This document shows positions 14,202 through 33,039 of a stretch of 64,000 nt of DNA, in pieces. The translations under genes and the position numbers were made by a program. Source of the DNA: the human T2T-CHM13v2.0 reference genome, Homo sapiens; NCBI RefSeq assembly GCF_009914755.1, contig NC_060932.1. One strand, written 5' to 3'. A model generated the notes under the pieces. That model was not told the origin of the DNA, did not search any database, and saw nothing but the letters and a program-made list of their open reading frames with translations. Numbering within the stretch: the stretch's first letter is position 1; each line of letters begins with the position of its first letter.

Positions 14202-14584
14202 CTTAGAGGGGCCCCAGAGTTCACAGCCAAGGGAACAGTTCCTGAAGGCTGACTGAGATGCTGAGTCCAGAGCCCTAAAGACCCAGGCTAGTTAGGCCAG
14301 GTAAAGAGGGCAGATTGGTTGCTTATGGGAGCTGCCTTAGCAAGGAGAAAAGCATCCCAGGCTCTGCAGAGAAAATGGCAAATGCGGCTCTGTCTCCCTG
14401 CAGGACTCAGAGAGTAGTTTGGGATGAGAAGCAAAAGAAAGCAGTTACAGTCCTCCTACACTCAGCCTTAAGGAACCTCCTAGAACCCAGAAAGGGAAAA
14501 ATAGCCAAGACAACATTCTTATATTCACCAGGACTCTGAGGCCTGAGCAATTTCACTGCTAGCCATAGAAGGGCCATCTTTCAC

Positions 14585-14614
14585 ATTGGTGATAGTTGTC
14601 ATGGGAACGGAAGT
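14585..14614. promoter_or_regulatory. Candidate CCAAT + RFX X-box + ETS motif cluster
   Basis: ATTGG (14585-14589), GTTGTCATGGGAAC (14595-14608) and CGGAAGT (14608-14614) in non-repeat DNA. Confidence 0.45.
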
Positions 14615-15364
14615 CAGGGGCAATGGATTCGGCACTGGCCACGCAGCCAAGTGGGTTTTCTCCTAGGACAGGGCCCACTCCTGGACTTTATTCAAGCCTT
14701 GCCAGATAGAAATTGGGAATGCCGTCCTTAACTAACAGCAAACAAAACAGCTGAAATGCCTCTTCTAGCACCAAGTCTTCTTCAGCTGTAGGTGAACCAT
14801 TGGTTTTCTCTCTGGTTCACCAGCCAGATGTTGAAAACCTTTCCAACTCTGGACAATGGCCCATGCCACCTACTGGCTGAGTGTCCTTGGCTAGGTACCT
14901 TTATGGGCCTCAGTTTCCTCATCTGAATATAGGGGAAATAATGCCTTCCTCAAAGAGATGTGGAGGTTAAACGAGGTAACACATGAAGAAGGGAGTATTC
15001 TCTTTGTTTTTCCTTACACGTCCCCCTTCATTTTGTATATTCTATCTCCCTGTTCAGAAGTATTCCTGCTGTCTGTGTCCAAGAAAGTCCTGAACAAATA
15101 TTACCCCATCCATGGCACTTCTATTTCCAGCTGTCACTGAATTCCCCCTTCTTTTTTTTTTTTTAATGTTTATCTATCCCACACATTGGAGCAATTGGTT
15201 ACATTCAGCTGGCTGAATGCTACTGTGAAAAAGGGATGAATGGCACTGGAGGAATTTCTAAACTCAGTAAGTCTCAGTAGTGTTTGTTTACTTTATCATC
15301 AGAGTCTTCAGCACAAATCCTGACACATCAGAGGCACACAGTAGATTGAATTACGACAGTGTTC

Positions 15365-15568
15365 AGCTTCAAACTCTTTTAAAAAGTTTCCTTTTGGCCT
15401 CAAAAGGTAGATGATAGATGGCTAGATATAAATAGATGATAGATGATAGATAGATAGACAGATAATAGATAGATGATAGATAGACAGATGATAGATGATA
15501 GGCAGATAGTTGATATAGATAGATAATAGATAGATAGATGGTAGATGATAGATGATAGATAGATAGAT

Positions 15569-15608
<40 letters not shown>

Positions 15609-16040
15609 TGGAGATAGATAGCTATGTATCTCCACACTTCCATCATGGCCTGCCAAGGCTCTCTGCATTATCTGACCCCTTCCCAATTCTCTGTCCTCAT
15701 CTCTTGTCATCCTTCCCCTCCATCATTACTTTCCAACCCCATTAGCCTGTTTTCAAAATGTCTCCTCAAAAATGTCAATCTCTTTCCTACAATAAGGCTT
15801 CACGTATGCTCTTCCCTCTGTCTGAAATGACCTTTCCCCACTGGCGGCAGCGCTAGTTCTTTCTCACCATAGAGGTCTCAGCTTTATTGTGGTGTTCTTT
15901 GATCATCTCATCTAAGGTGGTCTTTCAAGTTTCTGTGATGGTAGAAACTATGTCTTTGTTGTTCATCTCTGGGTACCAGCATTTAGCATTGTGCATGACA
16001 CACAGTTGGTAATTAACAAGTTGAATGAATGAATGCAAGC
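15365..16040 (+). mobile_element. L2 3' portion (hosts the GATA STR)
   Basis: CATGGCCTGCCAAGGCTCTCTGCATTATCTG...CCCTCTGTCTGAAATG...(TGAA)n tail. Confidence 0.7.
15408..15622. repeat. Compound (GATA)n tetranucleotide STR inside an L2
   Basis: ~215 bp of GATA/GAT/GACA units, with a pure run at ~15569-15607. Confidence 0.95.
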
Positions 16041-17089
16041 ATAAATGATAAATGAAGTAAATACTATTTTTTTCTTCTCTTCATGCACGTATTTTTTTTC
16101 TGGGTGCTTTGCAAATGCAAACAGTATCTTCCACTAGAATGCCAGCAGGGTGAGCATTATAGATTTCTTTTGTTTCCAGTCTAGCATGCAGCACAGTACA
16201 GTGCTTGTATACAACACTCAAAGAAATTTTGATGAATGAATGAATTATTGAATGAATGAGCAAATGGGCACGTACCCAAAACTTGCTGGACTGAACTGAA
16301 TTAAGTAGACCTGCCGGCATAAAGGAAGTGCCACATCCTTGCACCGGCCAACATGTGTTCTGCATTTGTCAGTGATGCTTTCTTGTGTTTGGTGTGTTCA
16401 CATGGTCGTCACCATCAGCCTGCTAATGGGATCATAAAAGAAGGGGAATCAGGGTCCTGGGCTTTTTCAGAGTCATCAGCTCAAAGCCCTTTTAATGTGA
16501 GTTCCTGATTCGATTGGGTGTGGAGAGAAGAGAAAAGGTGACGAATGGCCCAAATACAAGGAAAATTCAAATACCTGACTTTGTTCTTATCTTGAGAAGA
16601 ATGTGACAGCCTGAAAGAGTCAGCAGCAGGCATACTGAGTCATGATGAACTAAGAAACTCAAGAATGTCCCTTGATAAATGTTTGCTGGATGAATGAATG
16701 CTTCTGTTGCTTATTACCTTTTAAGTGAATAGGGTCAAAGGTTGCTATTAACCCAAGGCTCATGGGGGAAAGATATTCTTTGTGACCTGGCAGGAATTAT
16801 TACCAAGGGCAGACGAGGCCAGCAAATTCACATGGCTAATGAAGACAGGGTCACAAGTTTGAGGCCCCCTAGAGACTAGTTATCTGCAGGCAGAGGGAAA
16901 ATCTGCTTCACAACCATATCACATGCCCTAATGCTGGGCAGCCGTCTTGCAGATTCATGCATTCCTCCTGGACCATCTTGTCCAGGAGGGGAAGGTCTAG
17001 GACGGATGCCTTTGCTGAAACCCCTTATCAAAGGAAAACAACCAAATATTTGTTTACATTTGATTAGGACATGCTGCTGGTGTTGGTGA

Positions 17090-17925
17090 TGATGATTATA
17101 GTAGCATTTATTGAGTAGTTACTCTGTGACAGGTGGTATGCTAAGCTCTTTACATGAATTTTTTCACTTGATCTTTACATGCGTGTACAATCATGCCACC
17201 TTACAAATGAGAAAACTGAAGTTAACAAAATTACTTCACATCCACTCTCTTATCCATGTCATCTAGTTGAATTGATGGCAGCCTTGCAAGGTAGAATTTA
17301 TTCTCTTTCTTTTACAGATGGGAAAACTGAAGGTGGAAGAGATTTGTTGATTTACCAAAAATCACACATTTGGGAAGGAGCAGAGCCTCCTACCAGATCC
17401 CAGTATTCCAAAAGTCAGTTCCATTATCTTAGCTAGGACAAAACAGAGACCATTTTTTCTTGATAAGCAGATTAATAACATGGTCTTTACACATGAAGTG
17501 TGATGAGTTCAAGACTAAGGAAAGCAAGGCTGACCGTTGCAAAGAATTGCCATCTAAGAGGTGACCCAACCCAAACCCAGGGGTTTCAAGGCTGATGAGG
17601 GGGCACAATGAGATACAAAAGGAGAGACCAAAGGGTCCTTCCTGCAAGCCCAGTTCTGCCACTTACTGTGTGCGCTGGGCAAGTTACTTGACATCTCTAG
17701 GCCACTAGGCACTGTTCTAAATGTTTTAAACGCATCAACTGATTTAGTCCTCATACTACCATTTGAAGTGATCATTAGTTAACCTCATTTTATGAATGAG
17801 ATAACTGAAGAACAAAGAGACCAAGCAGCTTATCCAAGATACCCAACTAAAACGAGGCACAATTGGGATTTCGATCCAGGTAGTCCAGTTATAGTGCCTG
17901 TTCTCTGAAGAGTCACAGCATGCTA
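17090..17925. mobile_element. Cluster of MIR fragments (mostly minus)
   Basis: Repeated TTTACAGATGGGAAAACTGA / GGCAAGTTACTT cores. Confidence 0.6.
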
Positions 17926-17944
17926 CTAGAAATAATAATAAAAG

Positions 17945-18085
17945 GGCCTGGCATGATGGCACACATCCACAGTACCAGCTACTTGGGAGCCTGAGGCACA
18001 AGGATCACCTGAGCCCAGGAGTTTGAGGCCTGCCTGGGCACCATAGCAAGATCCTATCTCAAAAAATAAACATCTTAATTAATTA
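17945..18085 (+). mobile_element. Alu monomer (FLAM_A-like) within MIR sequence
   Basis: Single ~120-bp arm with A-rich tail and AATAATAATAA-type flanks. Confidence 0.8.
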
Positions 18086-20644
18086 AGAATAATAATAACA
18101 ATAATAATACCTAGTTCATAGGCTTTGGGGGATAGAATGCATGCAAAATGCATAGCAAAGTGTCTAACATGTAGTACTTATTCAATACGTGGCATATTTT
18201 ATCATTGAATACATTTCTACCTTAGGAGTTTTATTTTTCAATAGGTATACAGGAATATCATGATTAGCAGCAGTTAGATGATACAGACCGATGGATGGTC
18301 CAGGATAGTCTAAGACTTGAAATTAAACATTTCGTGCATGGGCCAAGCTACAATTCCCAGAAAAGCATCTAACTCAGCAGGCCAGTTCTGGTGCTAGGCC
18401 TATTTCCTATGATGGGTTCTAGTTCAGGGTTACCAGCAGTCACAGGAATATAAAGCAGCAAGAAAACAGGGGCAAGTTGTACTCTACACAAGTCTATATC
18501 TAGGAGGTCCATCATCAGCCACCAAGACCCGAATCATTGGGCTGCAGCTCCAGGACAAGGCTATAAATCCTGGAAAGGAAGATCCCATGAGGGCAAGGCA
18601 GGTCTGGGAAGTAGATATGTTATGAAAACAAGGGCTTGGGCATAGAGACTAAGGGAGAGATAGGTGGCTGGGATCAAGATAAAGTTTATCCCAGTTACCA
18701 GATAACTGGACAGATGATAAATATTAGACAGGCAACCCAAGTGAGACCTGAAATTAAGTTTCATTTTACCCATCTAGAGTTTCTTAAAACTCTCCTGCCT
18801 TGGGGCAGCAGGGAGGCTCAGAGCTTGGCATGAGGTGAGACATAGACGAGGCTGAGAGGTTCCAGCTGGCAGTGAAGAGCTCACCAAGGCTGGGATCCAG
18901 GCAGGGTCCAACACATTCAGACTGAAGCTGGATGAGCAACTGTCAGGGATGTCGGGGTGAGGAGGCTGGCCTCTGGTAAACGGTTGGATCAGTGATCTTT
19001 GCTGTGCCTTTAACTCTGCAATCCCTCGAATGCAACAGACTCACGCACTTTTGCTCCTCACTCCTCCCTGGATCCTCATGAGCTCACTATGGACTAAACA
19101 GAGACTTGCTAGAACTGCTTTACATGATAGCACTTTTGTTCCAAATGTGGAGACAGCACAATGCTCCAAGAGCTGAACCTGACAGAGATGTCTCTGAGAA
19201 CAATCTCCCTACAACAGCAAAGCCATCCTGAAACCTACAACTTCACAGCTGTGTGTCTGTTTTCAAAGGTGATGTGACTGGCCGTGGGGAGGCAGGAGCC
19301 CCAAGAATGGTGCTGAGGCTCTCAAGGAGCAAGGAAGGGACAGTCCCAGCCATCAATGGAGCCTTGTGGCCTCAGTGGAAAGGGAGGAACGCCCTGTCTC
19401 AGGAATGCAACCTCCAGAGTGCAGAAGACAGCCACGCTTTGCCATTATGAAACCCCAAACACTCTGGGTGTGGTGAGACTTTTAAAAGCCTATTCTGCTG
19501 TCACTGAGGAGCCTTGGAAATGTGGAGAGCATACCACCCAAGGCCATTAAATACCCAGACAGCTCCGGACAGAGACAAGAACAAGGATCCAATGAGCTTG
19601 AGGCAGAGTGTCTCAAAGAAATAAACATGCGGTGAAGGTATTTCCATAGCCAGTAAATACTGTCTTTCAGGGGGTTCAGAAGGAGACCAAACAGCCTGCC
19701 CCCACCATCCCCCAATAAAAGAGTGACACTGTGTAACTAAGGAGTGAGCAGCCAGGCACAGAAGCCAGAATTCCCAACCACCCTTTAATTTATAGGCCAT
19801 AAATGATGGAGCCCATGATCTATTGCCCCTGACTCAGGGGGGATTTATTCTGACTAAGAGCACACACAGAGCCCACTGATATAACTAATGGCCTCGGGTG
19901 GAAAAAGGTCGGGCTCTCACTAAATGCTAAGTAAAGATGTTTGGAGCAGACAGTTATAATACTGAGAGATGATTCCAAACATCACATGAAGCAGCAAACA
20001 CTACTCATCTCAGCTGAGGTCAAGCTGCAGGGGAGAAAAACCCGGGATGCTGCAGACAGGGAGTGACAGCCTAAAGCAATTGGCAACAGAGCTTCATCTC
20101 TCACAACCCTTCCATTTTACATCTTTTCAAGTGTGCCTCTTACCCGAGCTTTCACCCATCAAAGCCCACTCTCAGGTAAAGGTTGGATCCACTCCTTCAC
20201 ACTGAGCTGCCAGTGCTGGGAGGGCCTAAACCTCATCTGTCCCATGATTATTGCCGCTCCAGAGATAGTTCAGTGCCCATCACAGAATGTGGGCTTAATA
20301 AATCTTTATTCAATGAGTAAAAAGACAGAAATAGTCTGTTTTTATTAATTCACTCATTCATTCATTCCTCCGTCCATCCATTCATCCAACCAGTGTTTCT
20401 CAAAGGGAACTTGTTACAAAGAGAGAGCTTCTTTCATGACCAGTGCCTGGGAGGCAAAAGAGACTTTAATAATGTTTTATTTTCACTGTGTATCTTATTG
20501 TTGTCATCTATCTATAGCAAGTGATACTGATTTTCCATTTATGGTAGTGATTTCAAGTTTCATTTTGTCCAAATTTCTTCCTCCAAAATAAGAAGTCGAT
20601 TTAAATTTAAAAACTTCAGTAAATAAACACACAGATTTTATAAT

Positions 20645-25630
<4,986 letters not shown>

Positions 25631-25930
25631 GGCCAGGTACAGTGGCTCACACCTGTAATTCCAAAACTTTGGGAGGCTGAGGCAGGCAGATCACTTGAGG
25701 CCGGGAATTTGAGACAAGCCTGGCCAACATGGTGAAACCCCGTCTCTACTAAAAATACAAAGATTAGCCAGGTGTGGTGGTGTGCACCTGTAATTCCATC
25801 TACTCAGGAGGCTGAGGCACAAGAATCTCTTGAAATCAGGAGGCAGAGGTTGCAGTGAGCCAGTATCACTTCACTGCACTCCAGCCTGGGCAACAGAGCA
25901 AGACTCCATCTCTAAATAAATAAATAAGTA
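25631..25930 (+). mobile_element. AluS (Sz/Sx)
   Basis: Dimeric Alu with (TAAA)n tail; flanks end in TTCAAGT / TCCAAGT. Confidence 0.93.
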
Positions 25931-28900
25931 AATATCCAAGTCACATAACTACTCCAATAACAAGTGTTCTCATCCATAAATGGGAACAATATCTACCCTT
26001 TAGGAGTCCCTATGAAAAATTCGAAACAATATGTAAAAGAATATGAACAGAAAAGACACTCAATCATGTAACTACTATAATGTGCTCAAGGTAGCCAAGC
26101 TAGAAAGTAGACAGGATCCAGAGTAGAAGCCCTAGTCTGCCAAACATCAAAGTCAATACTTCCCAATATACAAATCAGATACCCTCACAGTGTTTTGGTG
26201 AGAAGAAATAGAATAGTGCTTGTGATCATCCTTTGTAGGCTAAAGACCACAAATTCACATGTAGCAAATAATTACTATTATTATCAACATTTGAGGTTAT
26301 GAATTTGAGTATGTACAATGTCCTGATATCAGGATGTATCAAAAAGTTTCTTTTTTTGTCTAAATTCTCATTTAATAGAGTATGTTTTAAAAGGCAATAA
26401 CTTGATTGTCTCCTGAGTACTGTAATAAACATATACACGTTCACATCCACATAAATATATTGTGTATGAATATACATATAAGAATAATTCCACATACATA
26501 AAATATTAATGTTATTCTATCTGTATATATACACGTTTTATTACATATTACATGTTCATGCACCTGTGTACAAATAGTATCTACATTTGCAATAATGTCA
26601 ATATATATAGTCAATAACAGATTTGCAATAGTAATGTCAGCTTATACTTACATGTTAATTTATAGTTTCCAAAGCAATTTCATATACATCATCTCATTTG
26701 ATGTTTCCAATTGTCCTACACTGTAGGTAGGCTAAAAATCATCACAACAAAGCTTAGTGGGAAAAGCATGCCTTCTAGAATCAGGAAGATTTGGTTTCAA
26801 ATTCTAGCCAGGTCTGTTGCAGAAGCAGATTCAGAGACGTAGTGAAAATAAAATGGGATAAGTGCAGTGGGAAACTGAAATAGATACTGGGAAGCCCAAC
26901 CTCAGGTGCACAAGATGGACAGGCAGAGAAGATGGGCTGGAAGAAGTTCTATCTGAACTGTCTTACAGAAGTGACTGACATAAGAGTAATGGATCCCAGG
27001 GGATCAAGGCCCCACATGCAAAGGCACTGGGACAAGAAACCATTTTTGTTGGTTTCACTTTTTCTTCCTGAATCCTAAACCTGGGTCTTCCAATGGCCCA
27101 TTTTTCTTACCTATTCACCATGTTCTCCCTTCATGATTTTACTGGCTACATCATTTTTAATTATTGCCTCCCACTTTAGAAATGGTCTCTCTGCATTGAC
27201 TCAGTCCCAAATTTTCAACTACTAGGTTAGATGCCCAGCTATCAATAGCAACCCAACATGTCTACAGTAGGTTTCACTCCCACCCCTTTGCCTTACTCCA
27301 AATCATTTTCCTGACTTCTTTGTTTCTGTTAAGAACAGACAGCACCATCTTCTTAATCATCTGGCTGAAGCTGGCAAATCCTACTGCCTTACTCTTCTCT
27401 CCTTCATCTACCACATCTTCTTGTAATTCTTCTCAAAAGCATCCCCAATTTTAATTATTTTACAACTTTTAGTGTTAAAGACTTGATACTGCTCAATATT
27501 CTAGTGTATTAGCCCATGATCTTCTTGTGGAAATGGTAGAAATTCCAACTCAAATTACCTCTCATAAAGATAATAATTTGTGGGAAAATGTAACTGAAAA
27601 TTAGACTTCAGACAGGGCTGGATCCAGGTCCTCATTACTACCAAATATCACTCTCCATATTACTGCTCTAGTTCTCTCTGACTTGACAGCACTCTCAGTC
27701 ACTTTTTCTTATGTAATAGCAAACAGAACTTTGGGTTTACATCCTACCAACTGGCAACCCCATTGGTAAGAGGATACCTCACTCATGGTTCCAGCAAACA
27801 CTCTATGAATGATCGTTGTGGTTTCAGAACAATGCGCTGTATGTTTTCTCCTTGGCCAGACCTAGTTCACTAACCCCACCCTCAGAGTGGGGGTTAGATT
27901 AGCCCCACCCAAATCACAATGACTTAGAGTGGAAAAGACGGTCCCCAAAAGCAGAATTGAAGAGCTACTACCCTAAACTGAGAAAGGACAGCTAGTTGGC
28001 CAAAAAAATTAAAAACATATAAAATATCCCTCCAGTATGTTCCTTTATGGTATTTCTTAATTCCAATTTCATTCCAGTTTAAGTCACTCTATTCCCTGTT
28101 TGCAAATTAATCTTAAAGATACATTTGATTATTTCTTCCCACTGTTGATGAGTGTTCAATGACTCCTCACTAGAAGCCCTACGGTGCTCGGGGAATAGCA
28201 ATTTGCAAGCAAGTGTGAAAAATTTCAGAGCCCTCCTTGAATGAGAGGGAGAGATTTTGAAAGAGGTGAAGCTTTAATGAATAATCAATGTGGGTGAGTG
28301 AAGGAGTTACAGTTTTATTTCTGGTAGCCCAACTGGACACCTTGGGTTAGTGTAGCTTATAAACAAGTCTGTTACATAAGAATTCACCTGTCATGGATGG
28401 GATTCATAGAAAAGCATCCAGAAAGGCAGAATTTGGCAGCTCTGAGTTTCCTGTGTAGCTGTCAAAATCCTTATTTCACCTACTGGAGTCCTTTGGCCCT
28501 TCTACTGCCCCAGGAGAGCTACATGAGTTTTTCTCTCTTTCTCATATGTCATGAGCCCCACTAGAATGCAATACTATGAGGACAAGGAATGTGTCTATTT
28601 TATTGATGTCTATATCCCAATGCCTAACAGAGCACCTGGAAAATTGTACCTTTAATATTTATTGAATAAATGAATGAATGAATGGTAAATGCCAAACAAT
28701 GTCTTTCTCACTTCAACATATGTTAACCCAGAGTCTTACATATAGCATAGTCTTGCATACAGATGGATTTAACTTTTTTCAAAACACATATTTAAAAAGG
28801 ATTCTAGTCATATGTTTTTGTTTGGGGCCAGCGAAAATTTTGAGAATTAAGCTGATTTGAATTATCTACGCACCAGAGTTCTAAAATTGATAGATTCTAA

Positions 28901-29172
28901 TCATAAAACTGTAGAATGTTCACAAACAAGAGGGAGGTACTCACCACATTCTATTTTTCTGTGCCATTCCCATTTCAGTGTAAGCACCACTGAAAGCAAA
29001 CACCAAAAACATTTTCAAACAAATGTTATCTATTCTTAGATGTGAATCATGCCACTGTTAGCCAACCATGAGTAAAACTACCATCGTGCATGCACATCCT
29101 TCCTCCCAACCTAGAAAAATTCTACCCGTCCCAGGGTCTTCTGACCTTGACACTCACCCTCTGCACTGCTAG

Positions 29173-29531
<359 letters not shown>

Positions 29532-29974
29532 GCATCTAGCAGTTTTTTACTGCTTGGGAAACCTAGTGAATTTTAATGCCATTGATCAACTCTGCTCAAA
29601 CACTCCTGGCATGAACTGAGCAAAGCCCTGGTTCCTAGGCAGCCATTACAAAAGCACAAGGATTTCCAAAATAAAAAGAGACCCAGAGCACACTTGAATC
29701 AAGGGCAGTTGCACTGTTTATTTGCAAGTGATTGGATTGCACCCCTACCTTGGTTAAATGGTTTATTTCTCTATGAATTACTCTAGAAAATACTACTACT
29801 CTAGCCCTTCCAATTTTTAACTAAGCTGAAAGTATTTTTACTTTTTCCAGACTCTCAGTGAGGAAAGAATGAGGTATGTTTTAATGCTGGAACTTCTAGC
29901 AAATAGTAAGTGTTCAATAAATACTTGTTGAATTAACTAATTAATTAATATGTGGGCACAAAAGCTTGCTTTTG

Positions 29975-30361
29975 CATCCTAAGGCAATCATGGCCTCTGG
30001 GGAAAGCCAGGCTTGCTGTATCCTGAGGCAATCACTCACTCTGGAGAAATCCAGCCTCCATGTTGAGAGGGCACTCAAGCCATCTATGGAGAGACCACAT
30101 GGTTAGGAACTAAGGCCTCCTGCCTACAGCCATGCAAGACAGCCATCTTCAAAACAGATCCTCCAGCCTCAATTAAGCTTTCAGGTGACTATAGCCCTTG
30201 CCAACATCCAACTGCAGTCACATGTAAGACCCTAAGCCAGAACCAGCCAGGTAGGCCATTCCCAAATTCTTAACCAGCAGAAAGAGGAAAATATAAGTTA
30301 AATGTTTATTATTTTAAGCCATTACGTTTTGGGGGTGATTTGTTATGCAATAGATAATACA
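29975..30361 (+). mobile_element. MLT1F-like LTR
   Basis: GGAGAGACCACATGG...CAGATCCTCCAGCC...TTTTAAGCCATTACGTTTTGGGG...ATAGATAATAC. Confidence 0.75.
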
Positions 30362-32454
30362 ATCTATTTGTTTATCAATAGATTATATTGATAACACAAT
30401 AGATAATACAATAACAATTTGTTTGCAATAGATAATACAATCTTCTTTCACCTTGTCTGAGATGACAGCTTATTAAAATACAAACTCCTGGAAGGCAGGT
30501 TTTCTGTCTTATTCCCTCCTGTATTCCTGGTATCTTGTATGCATCCAATAAACAATGAGTAACAACTCACTTAATGACAAGCTGGTTCCTAATTTTGTAT
30601 AGAAAACTATATATGTTCACACACAGAAACAGAAGTAGAATTCTTCAAAAAAATGATACTTTTTAGCGAAAAAGCGTTAGATAGCATAATTATCCAAAAA
30701 GGAACTATTGGAAATTATGGAAAAAAATGTTATTAGAATTCACATAATCCTCCTCCCTTACTGGGGTGGGAGGGAGCTACCTATAGAAGGAATACAGGGC
30801 CTTGAAGTATTCAAAGAAATAACAATTAACAAAGGGCATAGTTTGAGGAGCCCAGCTTCTCATGAGAAGAAAAAGGCATTGCAAGGTGGCACAGAGGGAC
30901 TAAGATCTCAAGCTCTACTTGGAGGTTTTCTTGAAGTGCTCCTGAAGCAATATCATAAAAGGAATTTGAGAATACAAGGCCAGTTGAACAAGTTAACCCT
31001 TCAGCCCCTTTCTAACTTGAGCTGTTGTGATTGCTCCTGTCCTCTGCTAGCCTGAGAAAGCTCAAGAGGAAGACCATGGGGCCACCATTTTCCACATTCA
31101 CATTCACACATGCCCTCTCTCCATCAAGTATCTTATTAGACTATCTGTTGGAGTACAGGCTAAATAAGTGTCCTCAAATAAGTGATGGTGAATAATGGCA
31201 GCACGTCCCTGTCCTGTTCCCTGACAATAAAGCTGGTATAGATTAAAGGCAAGATTTATCCTCCCTGGAACCTCAGGTAATGAACTGACTACCTGTATTC
31301 AAATCAAAGACACACTCATGCGTTCTTTTCTTTCTAACAGCTCAATTTCCAGAGTTGATATTGTGTACTCTGCCACATGCTGTGAGGTATGTAAGAAAAG
31401 TGGCATGTGGCCTGGCATCTCAGTTACTTATCACCCCCCTCCAGAGCCAGGGAGCAGTTTCAAATGTGTTCGATTGCCCAAGATCTAAAAATTAAAAATA
31501 GTAATTTAAATGTCCCAGATCAGAAAATCATATTCTTCTCTTCTTTCCATTTGTTGCTTTTGAGTCTCGCCACGACCACAATATCAGGTACACAGCAGGC
31601 CTCTAAAACTCAATATTACTATTGCTGTTAGTTCCATTGATTCAAGAAAAGCTTGTTGGGCATCAACTATGTGCTAGCACTATACTAGGTTCTTTATATA
31701 CACTATTTAATTTATGTCAATAGCAATCCAATGCGCTGGGGAAAATGAAGCTCAAAGATTTTGAATTATTTACCGGAGGTTGCAAAGTTAGGGATCGGCC
31801 CAACTCCAAACCCAGGTTTTTCTGGTTAGCCCTGCTGCCCTAATCAATACAGTCTTTTAAATGAAGAAGAACTTTGTATCCACCAAGATAATGAATCCCA
31901 AGATTCTCACCACCCCTGCTTTCTTATGTGTTAACCAAGATTCCAATGTTTTGAAAGACTTTAATTGCCTGGCTGAATTTATTTAAAGAGAATATTCCTC
32001 TGCTTATGGAAAAATATTTGAAACTCCCAACCCAGGTCTTTGCTCAACATGAGACAATCAGATTTATCACAGAATCCATAATGATCCTAGCATAAGCAGT
32101 TGACATTTTACCAAGGCATGGCTTTTCTGAAATATTGACAATTGTTCTAAGTTCCTCATCATTCTGGTCTTACCTCCCAGAGATTTTTAAGGGAGACATT
32201 TAATACAATCAATGTAGTGTTTCAAGAAGGAGGTTCTATTCTGATATTAATATAAAAGGAGACCAGTGTTAGGCCCTCAGTTGATGCCCCACTTCTCCCA
32301 GCCCACTCCATGTTAACCCAGCAAGGAGAAAGACATGGAAGAGGGGAGGCAGGAGGGCAGGGTGTGAGAGAGAGGAGATGGCCTTGAATTCAGTAGGTCC
32401 GGAAGCATATAAAGGAGAGTGGCAGGCAGCACCAAGCATCCTGCTGTTTGACAA

Positions 32455-32472
32455 TGCTGCCACCTTCTGGCA
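32455..32472 (-). promoter_or_regulatory. Candidate CTCF site
   Basis: Minus strand TGCCAGAAGGTGGCAGCA has one mismatch to the CCASYAGRKGGC core. Confidence 0.45.
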
Positions 32473-32957
32473 TATATTGGAAATTTACTAGAAAAATATT
32501 ACTAGTCACTGTCATTTTATAGATAACCCAGAAAGATGTGATCGGATATACGAATAAAGTTTGTTTTAATTACCTCCAAGGTATTCCTGGTATCTATTGA
32601 AACTAGAATTCAATACACTTACTTTTCAAGCTCCTGTCTTTTAAAGTATTCCATACTGTGCGTGGACGATTAGAGAAACTTCCTGGATGTCATACTTACC
32701 TCCATGCAGGCTCCCTTCCAATCCAGTCCCTCCCCCCACCCACCCCCTGCCTCTAGCAGTCAGAGTCTCCATGACTTAATTTCACTTGGAACAAATTCAA
32801 ATGTGTTTCTCTGGCCCAGGAAGGATCCCAAACTGGTAGCCTGCAAGCCCAGTTACAGCAGCTCAGCTTTTATATAAATGACCAGAATAGTGTTTTAAAT
32901 GACTACAGTGGGATACCCCCATGTCTCAGTCTTCCAGCAACTTCCCAACCACACCCA

Positions 32958-32958
<1 letters not shown>

Positions 32959-33000
<42 letters not shown>
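32959..33000. repeat. (CA)n microsatellite
   Basis: Direct reading. Confidence 0.95.
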
Positions 33001-33003
<3 letters not shown>

Positions 33004-33039
33004 CTATTCACATACTCATTTACGCACATGGCCCCTGAA

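Noticed and set aside
15369-15710. Ser/Ile/Tyr/Leu-rich ORFs
   Set aside because: Translations of the (GATA)n microsatellite.
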